The notes under the pieces are model-generated. The model was given only the letters and a program-made list of their open reading frames with translations, did no database searches and was not told the DNA's origin. From Candidatus Hatepunaea meridiana (GTDB lineage: Bacteria; Electryoneota; AABM5-125-24; Hatepunaeales; Hatepunaeaceae), in assembly GCA_030765125.1 (NCBI GenBank), contig JAVCDD010000180.1:7033-71032 (forward strand): a stretch of 64,000 nucleotides of DNA, in the 5' to 3' direction. The translations under genes and the position numbers were made by a program. Shown one piece after another: positions 50,942 to 59,800 of the stretch (position 1 is its first letter; each line of letters opens with the position of its first letter).

Positions 50942-51069
50942 AAGGAATAAATAACAGAAAAGAGTCTTTTTCAGTAGATTTAAAATAATCCTTGACTATA
51001 CAAAGTGAATCTCCTTATATTATATGATGTATTTTGCTTAATGGAAACTAACCATAAGGGATAAAGACA

Positions 51070-54000
51070 ATGAACCGATTAACTCTATCTTTACTACTGT
51101 CTTTAATACTCACTTCTTACACAACAGCTTACGAGGGTCCTACATCATCAGCAGATCCGCATGCAGCAATCATCTCTTCCAGCGACCAGGCAATCCGCAT
51201 AGGTTTCGAGCTTGCCGACCTGGAAGTTCGGGAGGTCGTCAAAGATGACGAAACCTTTGATGCTCACATCCTGACCGGTGAGGGAACAACTTATGATTAC
51301 GGCAAACCGTTACTGCCTGCGATTAATAGATTCGTTGTCGTTCCTCCTCAATCGGCGCTCGAGTTGGTCATTGAGGCTGATGAGCCTCGTTGCATGCCTG
51401 CTTCAAATCCTCCGGCGCTATGCACCAATGATAACATCACGGGTTCGATTTGGGGAAATCTGCGCGAAAATGCCGTCTACCCCCCTGTTATAGCTGAAAT
51501 GAGCGAACCTACTATTATTCGGGGTGTTCGGATGGTCAAGATAACAACATATCCGATTCAATACAACCCCGTTACCAACGAATACCTGCACCGGGATCAC
51601 ATCCGTACCGAGATCCAGTTCAGCGACGGGGATCCAATCAATCCGGTCGAACATCCGGAACGCAGACACCGTAGCCAGACATTCCTTAAAGTTATCGAGA
51701 ACATGGCAATTAATGGCGATCAGGTCAGAAGAGACCAGCCGCCTGACGTCGAACCTCCCTATGTAGGGCATTATTGCGTAGTAACTAATTCACTTTGTTT
51801 GCAGTATATCCAGCCATTTATAGAATGGAGGCGTAAATCCGGTTATAAAGTCGACATTATCAGCCTCTCCGGTGGTAGCGCTACGAATGCTAACGGAATC
51901 AAGAATGCTATTCAGAACTTATACGATGAATACGATGAGAATGGTATTGATCCATTTGAATATCTGTTATTAGTAGGTGATCGTAGTGCCTATTCCTATT
52001 CCCCACCTGTTGGTTGGCAACTTGCAGCTCCAGCGGGGAATTCCTCCTGGGGTGGAGCACCTCACGCTGATTATGAGCTCGGTCTTCTCGAGGGCAATGA
52101 TATTCATCCTGACGTTGGTATTGGCAGATGGTGGGTTGGTCAACCAGACAAGCTCCAGCTTGCGGTCGGTAGAACATTGAACTATGAAGCAACCCCTTAT
52201 ATGGATGATACCGATTGGTTCAATGCTGCCGGAGCATTCTCACAACATTGGGGAAACCAGGCAAATATCGCCTGGCATATAACCATTCATACTACAGTCC
52301 GATGGGGTAAGGAAGTCTTAGAACACTTAGGTTATGAAGACGTGCGCACCTATGAACGGTATCAACATGATCAGATGGGTGGTGAGATTGGACCCGTTCT
52401 CACACGATGGTTTAATGATGGTATGAGCATTATGGTAGGCAGGGGGGAATTGTACAACTGGCGAAATAGCTTTGGAGGTGTGAATAATAGAAATGTTAAT
52501 CCTATTTTTATAACATTCAGCGGGCATGGTGAGTGGGCTTGTGAAGCAATGACCAGGACCGGTAACGGTAATAACACGATTGGTCCGGTAAATATGACCT
52601 GCGGTTGGGGCTGGAGTGTAATTCCGACAACTAATGCTATGTGGCTGGAGCTTGTCAATGCTGTTCTTGTCAAAGATATTCCAATGGGATGGGCATACTG
52701 TTCCGCTATTACCTTATTTGAGCTTTATTTTCCAAACGTAGCGGCTCATCGAAATACCATGCTTTATCCCAATATAAAAACAGACAACATACACTTCGGT
52801 GATCCAGGAATACTGCCCTGGATAGGCGTTCCGAGAGTCGTGGAAGCTGATTTTCCTGAAACTATTACCGATCACACAAGCACAATTTTAGTACACGTCT
52901 CAGAAGGAGAAAATGATACTGCTGTCGAAGGCGCTCAGGTTACGTTGTATGCACCTGGTGATATCCCTGATGCAGATGATAACGACTACGCTGAATATGA
53001 TGATATAAGTATGCTGACAACGTTAAGCGATGAAGATGGAAATGCCCGTTTTGTGCTTGAAGATGACTTTATATTAGAGAATGGAACAACCGCATACATA
53101 ACCGTTACCGGACGGGATATAAAACCATACTTTGGTGAGATAGACATCGAGGATCCGGACGTTGCAATTGAGATAGCCGAGTATGAATTGATTGAAGTTG
53201 ATGGTAATGATGATGATGAAGTCAATCCCGGTGAGACCTTCAGACTTGAGATCACTGCTGCTAACGTAGGTGGTGATGAAACCGCAGAAGATGTAACCGC
53301 TGTTGTTCGAACCCTCTCATCCTGGATTGAGGTCGAAAATCGTGATATTACCTTCGGTGATATTGAGGAGGGAGAAGAAGTTGAGGGAGACGGTGAAGTC
53401 AATCTGATTATATCCCCGGCTTGCCCTGATGGCGCCAGTCGTCCAATCACCAGACCTGAAATATTAATTACATTCGCAAGCGATGACATTGAATGGGAAT
53501 CTGCAATTGTGCTAACTCCTGAAGCACCGAACTATGAGGTTAAGGAGATAGTCGGTAATGACATCCTTGAAGTCGGCGCCCGCGATTTTGATGTTGAAAT
53601 AGAAAACATAGGAAGTCAAAACGGTCCCGCAGTTACCGCTGAATTATTTACCATCGGTATGGGCGCCAGTGTTGTTAACTCTGAATCCAGTTATCCATCA
53701 ATCCGAACAGGCAGATCCAGCCGACTATCCGGCAACGATTTCATCATTTCGGGCAACCGCCTTTCAGTTCCTGGATATATAAATGAGATGATGCTGATAT
53801 TTACAACTGAAGACGGCTTTAACGATACGGCGTACTTTGAGATTCAGGTGCGCGAACCGATGGATAACACTCCTATTGGACCGGATCCTTATGGTTATAT
53901 CTGCTTTGACGATACCGACGAAGGATGGGATATTTCCCCTGCTTATCGTTGGGTTGAGATAAGCCCGCGTGAAGATGAATTTGATTTTCGCGGGGAGCGG

Positions 54001-56562
54001 ATTGATTTCAGCGGTAGTTCAGATTTCAACATCGGTGAGTCTGAAGTTATCGACCTTGGGTTCACCACCAACTTCTACGGTTATTCTTATGATTGTATTA
54101 CCGTTGGTACCAACGGCTTCATCGCCCCGGGTGATCAGGGTGAAATCACCAACTTTATGAATTGGCCTATGGATCGGGCTATGGGTGGCGGCTGTGGAAT
54201 GATAGCTCCTCTATGGGATAATCTTAGACTAAGCGGTAATGATGCTGGTATTTACTATTACTATGATGAAGACCAGGGACGGTTTATTGTCGAATGGTAC
54301 AAACTGCGGCATAGAACTGGCGGGAATACGGATCTGACTTTCCAGGTAATACTTTACGACAGCGATGTATGGAGAACTGTAACCGGAGATCAGAACGTTC
54401 TTTTTCAATATAAAAGCGTTTCCAATGTAAGAGGGAATCAAGATCACGATTCTTCACCGACACCTTATGAGAACGCTTTTGCTTCTGTCGGCATCTCAAG
54501 TCCTGACGGCTTTGGTTTAAGCTATTCATATAAAGACGAATACCCAACCGGGGCAGCGGCATTAGCAAATCGCAGAGCGATCCTGTTCACGACGTCGCTC
54601 GTATATAAGAAAGGCGACCTTTTTGGAGAAGTCCTGGATGTGGCAACCGGTGATCCGATTCCCGATGTAACAGTCTATACCGAACACGGCTTCATCGGAA
54701 CTACCGATGAGGATGGGCAATGGATAATCGAGGAGGCTCTGGCAGAGATACACTTTGATATAACTGCATCGTTATTCGGGTATAACGATTCAACCTTAAC
54801 CGATATGGAAGTCGAAGAGGATGGTGAACTTGAAATTAATTTCTCTCTTCTCCACCCTGAATTCACACCGTCTATTCGTTCAATCGTTCATTATCTGGAT
54901 CCGGATCAAAGCTGGGTGTATAATTTCACTGTTGAGAATACGGGCAATGGGATAATGACGTGGGAACTGGATAGACGACTGCCGCTCGGTGCAGACGTGG
55001 AACCATGGGAACACCGTCTGTCCTATCCGGTTGGTCAAACGATAAATGACTCGCGAATTGAAGGTGTTGTGTTTTTTGATGGAAGATTTTATATATCCGG
55101 TTCCAATCAAGTTGGCAGAGAAAACGGTCCAAATATGATATATATCCTTAATCAGGAAGGTGAGGAAATAGACAGGTATGAACAGCCGTGTGATTCGAGT
55201 TCAAGATACGGTATGCGCGACCTTGCATATGATGGGGAACTGCTGTGGGGATCCGGTGAACGCAATGTATATGGATTCGTTCCGGAAACCGGAGAAGTAG
55301 TTGATACTATCGAGGGTGAATATTCTTCTCAGCAGGCGCTCGCCTGGGATACTGATCGGGAAATTCTCTGGACAAGCGGCATCACCAGCCAGGAAATCAT
55401 CGGTTTCAACAATAACGGTGAAGAGGTTGCTGACCTTCCGCGCAACGGTTTACGCATATATGGCTTGGCTTATTGGCCTGAAGACCCGGACGATCATCCT
55501 CTTTACATCTTCCACAGCCCGGGTGATGGAAGATCGGTCATTCATAAATACAACACTGTTGAAGAAGATACAATGTTTGTCAGGGAGTTGCAGCTGGAAC
55601 AAGGTGGCACGCCAAACGGCGCTTATGCAACTAACCAGTTCGACGTGTACAGTTGGGTATTTATGAACATAGCGAACGAAGGCGCTAATGACAGGATTGA
55701 CATCTGGCAGCTTGAAGCAAATCGCGACTGGTTCCGAGTATCTATGGATACCGATACCGGACACGTTCAGGCAGAGCACGGAACGGTTGAAGCAACCTGG
55801 GATAAGGAATTCACCTTAACACTTGATACAAGGGATCTGCCTGACTCAGTTGAATTCGAAGGCTATCTGATTTTTCGTCATAACGCCGGTATAGGTGTTG
55901 ATACAATCAATGTAATATTGGACGTTATCGGACCGGAACAACCTTTACCGTTCAGACTGCTCGTTCCCCGCAACGGTTCAGCTATTGATGCAAACGTTGA
56001 CGACACCGAGATGACGTTTGGCTGGGAACCTTCGGTTGATTATAATCATAACGATACTTTAAGATACCTTGCCTGGTTTAAGAGCGGTGATGATTCTACT
56101 ATGTTCAATACTGAGAACAACGTTATAACGCTTGACATCGCTGAAATTGCAGATAGTCTTGAACTATCGATAGAAGATGATTTTATCATAGACTGGTGGG
56201 TTAAGGCTATATCCGGTGAGGATACGGTTGCTTGTAATGATATTTTTATGTTCTTTTTCACACCTAACGCTACTGACGAATACGGAAACATACCGGTAGA
56301 ATTCGGTTTGCAATCAATCTATCCTTCACCGTTTAATTCAATGACGACGGTAAGATTCGGAATCGACCGTCCTGCGTCAGCGACGCTTCAGATTTACGAT
56401 CTTCGCGGGCGCGAAGTTACTACATTATATAATAATCACAATTCCTCAGTTGGTTATCACAACGTAGTCTGGGATGCATCATCAATGCCATCAGGACTGT
56501 ATATAGTTCGTCTCGAATCCGAAGGGCGGGTGCAAACGAAGAAGATTGCTCTTGTTAGATAA
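51070..56562 (+). CDS. Gingipain-like peptidase C25-family cysteine protease (1830 aa). It has a signal peptide, a propeptide ending at an RRD junction, a catalytic domain (candidate His in FSGHGEW, Cys in NMTCGWG), Ig-like domains, a GPDPYGYICFDD-type domain, a beta-propeller module and a T9SS CTD
   Basis: LYDEYDENGIDPFEYLLLVGD and the preceding W(R/K)xxxGY segment resemble the RgpB mature N-terminal region. ATG at 51070. CTD IYPSPFNSMTTVRFG...LQIYDLRGREV...GLYIVRLE. Confidence 0.8.
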   Translation: MNRLTLSLLLSLILTSYTTAYEGPTSSADPHAAIISSSDQAIRIGFELADLEVREVVKDDETFDAHILTGEGTTYDYGKPLLPAINRFVVVPPQSALELVIEADEPRCMPASNPPALCTNDNITGSIWGNLRENAVYPPVIAEMSEPTIIRGVRMVKITTYPIQYNPVTNEYLHRDHIRTEIQFSDGDPINPVEHPERRHRSQTFLKVIENMAINGDQVRRDQPPDVEPPYVGHYCVVTNSLCLQYIQPFIEWRRKSGYKVDIISLSGGSATNANGIKNAIQNLYDEYDENGIDPFEYLLLVGDRSAYSYSPPVGWQLAAPAGNSSWGGAPHADYELGLLEGNDIHPDVGIGRWWVGQPDKLQLAVGRTLNYEATPYMDDTDWFNAAGAFSQHWGNQANIAWHITIHTTVRWGKEVLEHLGYEDVRTYERYQHDQMGGEIGPVLTRWFNDGMSIMVGRGELYNWRNSFGGVNNRNVNPIFITFSGHGEWACEAMTRTGNGNNTIGPVNMTCGWGWSVIPTTNAMWLELVNAVLVKDIPMGWAYCSAITLFELYFPNVAAHRNTMLYPNIKTDNIHFGDPGILPWIGVPRVVEADFPETITDHTSTILVHVSEGENDTAVEGAQVTLYAPGDIPDADDNDYAEYDDISMLTTLSDEDGNARFVLEDDFILENGTTAYITVTGRDIKPYFGEIDIEDPDVAIEIAEYELIEVDGNDDDEVNPGETFRLEITAANVGGDETAEDVTAVVRTLSSWIEVENRDITFGDIEEGEEVEGDGEVNLIISPACPDGASRPITRPEILITFASDDIEWESAIVLTPEAPNYEVKEIVGNDILEVGARDFDVEIENIGSQNGPAVTAELFTIGMGASVVNSESSYPSIRTGRSSRLSGNDFIISGNRLSVPGYINEMMLIFTTEDGFNDTAYFEIQVREPMDNTPIGPDPYGYICFDDTDEGWDISPAYRWVEISPREDEFDFRGERIDFSGSSDFNIGESEVIDLGFTTNFYGYSYDCITVGTNGFIAPGDQGEITNFMNWPMDRAMGGGCGMIAPLWDNLRLSGNDAGIYYYYDEDQGRFIVEWYKLRHRTGGNTDLTFQVILYDSDVWRTVTGDQNVLFQYKSVSNVRGNQDHDSSPTPYENAFASVGISSPDGFGLSYSYKDEYPTGAAALANRRAILFTTSLVYKKGDLFGEVLDVATGDPIPDVTVYTEHGFIGTTDEDGQWIIEEALAEIHFDITASLFGYNDSTLTDMEVEEDGELEINFSLLHPEFTPSIRSIVHYLDPDQSWVYNFTVENTGNGIMTWELDRRLPLGADVEPWEHRLSYPVGQTINDSRIEGVVFFDGRFYISGSNQVGRENGPNMIYILNQEGEEIDRYEQPCDSSSRYGMRDLAYDGELLWGSGERNVYGFVPETGEVVDTIEGEYSSQQALAWDTDREILWTSGITSQEIIGFNNNGEEVADLPRNGLRIYGLAYWPEDPDDHPLYIFHSPGDGRSVIHKYNTVEEDTMFVRELQLEQGGTPNGAYATNQFDVYSWVFMNIANEGANDRIDIWQLEANRDWFRVSMDTDTGHVQAEHGTVEATWDKEFTLTLDTRDLPDSVEFEGYLIFRHNAGIGVDTINVILDVIGPEQPLPFRLLVPRNGSAIDANVDDTEMTFGWEPSVDYNHNDTLRYLAWFKSGDDSTMFNTENNVITLDIAEIADSLELSIEDDFIIDWWVKAISGEDTVACNDIFMFFFTPNATDEYGNIPVEFGLQSIYPSPFNSMTTVRFGIDRPASATLQIYDLRGREVTTLYNNHNSSVGYHNVVWDASSMPSGLYIVRLESEGRVQTKKIALVR

Positions 56563-56567
56563 TGTTT

Positions 56568-56599
56568 GTGGTGTCGTGGTGTCGTGGTGTTGTGGTGTC
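56568..56599. repeat. Octanucleotide array (gtggtgty)x4 immediately after the C25-1 stop codon
   Basis: gtggtgtc gtggtgtc gtggtgtt gtggtgtc. Confidence 0.6.
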
Positions 56600-56608
56600 G
56601 GGATTTAA

Positions 56609-56701
56609 GGGTAGGACAGACATTCCTATCTGTCGGTAGGTTGGACACTCCTGTCCGACAATCATCGTGTCAGACAATCCCGAAGTTTCGGGATGACCTA
56701 C
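56609..56701. repeat. Intergenic palindromic repeats: ggtaggacagacattcctatctgtcggtagg, ttggacactcctgtccgaca and cccgaagtttcggg
   Basis: String matches to the 35.25-35.36 kb cluster and to the coding copies in gene 1. Confidence 0.65.
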
Positions 56702-56735
56702 TGGAAAGTTTTAATCAAGATGGACACTTTTTAGA

Positions 56736-56768
56736 AACCAGCAGGCGTTTTGCTTGCTGGTTTTTTTA
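56736..56768 (+). terminator. Rho-independent terminator candidate for C25-1
   Basis: Hairpin ccagcaggcg-tttt-gcttgctgg (1 mismatch) followed by ttttttt. Confidence 0.55.
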
Positions 56769-56884
56769 TTAGCTTCTGTTTTATCTGATAAAAATGTCTT
56801 CGCAACTCTGTTTAATTCTTGGTAAGCAGGAGTTTTTTATATTATATTATAGAAACAGACGTTCAAGAACAACCGGAGAATAAA

Positions 56885-59800
56885 ATGTCCAAAAAAACCA
56901 TTCTTTTATTAGCATTTATAATCTTTTTAACATTAACCCTTTTCAATCAGGGGTATACAACCACCCGCCCAACGGGATTGTCAACCGGATCAAACGAATT
57001 CGCTCAAATCTTATCCCAATCCGGTACGGATCTACATATAAGATTCACACCACCGGCATCGCATAAACGGCTTCTTGATGAAATCACAGCATCGCAAAAT
57101 CAGAACATCACGAATCTTGCCTACACCTATTGGTTGGTCGTTCCGCCAATGGATCATGTTGAACTCGAAATAGTTGAGCAGAATGGACGGCGGTTGTCAA
57201 TCTCGGACAGGGATGCACCTGATCCGTACATAGATAGAGAAGATGTAAAAATTCAGACAGACAAGTATTATCCTCCAGCTCCTGTAATAATGGGCAAACC
57301 GCAGATTATGCGCGGTATCAGGATGGTTCCGATAACAGTTTTTCCAATACAGTTACTACAGGAATCATCACAGGCAGGGACGCCTGTGTCACCCGATGGT
57401 ATACAGAAATCACAGCATCACAACATCACAACATCACAACATCAAATTGCTGTTGAAAACAGTCAGATTGAAATAAAACTCAATTTCACTAATGACGAAG
57501 CAATAAATCCTTTATTGAATTCTGCCCCTCGACAGATGTCGCACAGCTTTGCCAATATAATCAATTCCTACACACTCAATCCCCCACCCCACTTGATCCC
57601 TCGACGGGATCTGGCAGCGACGGAACTCGCCAAATCGCTGATCCTGTACCCTCAAGTCTTTGATGATAACGAGGATGCCGCGGAAGCTATGATATGGCTC
57701 AATCATCTGGTTCATTGGAAGCGCCGACAGGGTTACTATGTTGAATTGGCAGCAGTTGAAGTCGACCGTGAAAACGAAGATAACAGCGATGATATAAAGG
57801 ACTTGATCGGTGACTACTATGAGGATGGTTTTGAGTTTGTAACCTTGATTGGCAACGAAGATTACGATGAGCTTAATACCGTTGAAGGAAACAATACCGA
57901 ACTCTATTTTCCATCCTGGATGTTTATCATCCGCGTTGTTCAGGATACTCTCGGGAATGACGTTATCATCCGGGGTTATCGCGAGCACGAGTATTCGCTG
58001 CTCGAAGGTGACGACGAGATGCCTGACATTATCATCAGCCGTATCAAAGTTCCCACTTACGACAGGCTTGTCGGTGCGCTCCGGAAAACTATCGCATATC
58101 AAATTGACCCGTATCTGGATAATGATAATGACTGGTATTCACATTCTCTGGTTACGATTGAAGAAGACTCGATTGGCATTATTGTCCTTTCCCCTGAATA
58201 TTTATCGCTGGCATATTGGGAACAAGCTCGGCTCACACAAAAAGGATATAATGATATTGATGTTATCCTCGGTCCTGTAGGATCATTTGAAGATGGCGTT
58301 TACGTTGGAGATGACATTAAAGAAGTACTTGAAGAAGGCGTTTCATTAGCATTAGGAGAGGGCTGGCTGTATGATTGTGTTGCACATCGTAACTGGGAAC
58401 AATGGGAAGATTACGCTGAAACCGGAAGGATGCACCCATTTGTCATCGCTAATCTATCCTATTACGAGCAACAGGTAATGTATCCGTTCTATGCTTCCGG
58501 AACTTCAGACAACCTGAATGGTCCTATCGCGGGATTGGGCATCTACGATACAGGAGGACGCTCAGTATATATGACTCATATAATCGGAAGCGCGCTTATG
58601 GCGATGACAATGAACGATGTTTATACACCCGGACATCTTCAGATTATTACAAAGATGTATCTGTCAGGTCTCATTGACAGTGTAAGAATCTACGAAGAGG
58701 ACCCGGAAGAAGCTTATATTAGCGGGATTATCACAGCCTTACGCCTCCATTGGACATTAGGAGATCCGACGGTTGACGTCTTTTCAGAATTTCCCGTTCA
58801 GATAACCGTTGATCATCCCGAATCATATCTAATTGGTGAAACATCAATAATACTAAATGTAATAGATGATAATGATAATAACGTTGCCGATGCTAACGTT
58901 TGCATTTATCAGGAAGATGGCATTCATTATGTAACCCAAACAAACGATGCAGGTATGGTAGTCTTCACCATCCCAGGAGATGGGCTCGAAGAAGGTGAAC
59001 TACTGATAACCGCCAGCAAACACAACTGCATACCATATCTTCCTCCCGATCCTGTACCTGTGAGAACGGGTAATATTAATCTTGTGCTTGAAGATGCTGG
59101 TTTCGACGATGAAGACAACGGCGACGATAATGATGATCACTTTCGGAACGGCGAAGAGGTCGTGCTGATTCTTACGCTGACTAACACCGGCGATCAGGAT
59201 GCGGAAGGCGTCTCTGCAACTCTTAGCTGCGACAGCGAATGGCTCAGTTTCTCACGGGAAGGAATTGAATTCGGGGATATAGATTCGGATGAAACGACTA
59301 CCTATCAAGGTGATCAGGTTATAATGACCCTTGATATGGACTGCCCTGATCGTTCTCTTCTACGAATCCAGGCAGACATTAATATTGATGAGGAAACAAT
59401 TACATCCGTTGCTTTTGAAATCACTACCTACGGACCGAAGCTCTTTACCGCACCACATCTGATTGATGTTGACGAGGGTTTTGTTGGGGGCGGAGAGAAT
59501 GCTTCTTTTTCACCGACTATTCAAAATCTGGGCAGGACAGGAATATCAACATTCACTGCTGAATTAGTAAGTCTCAACGAACTTATCACCGTTACTGAAG
59601 CTGAACGTAACTATGGTGCTATTGAGCCTTGGCTGGATCCTGAAGAGGATCCAGACGAACAATCGCCGAATGAACCGTTCATTATTGATTTTGACGAACT
59701 TTTCGTAGCTGGAAATGAAGCACGATTCGAACTGCGAATATCTGCTGAGGATGACTATGATACAACAATGATAATCTCCAAGTTCGTTCCCAGTCGTGAA

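Noticed and set aside
56819-56884. Track start of C25-2 at 56819
   Set aside because: That codon is TTG with no SD. The ATG at 56885 has a GGAGA SD and is immediately followed by a textbook signal peptide.
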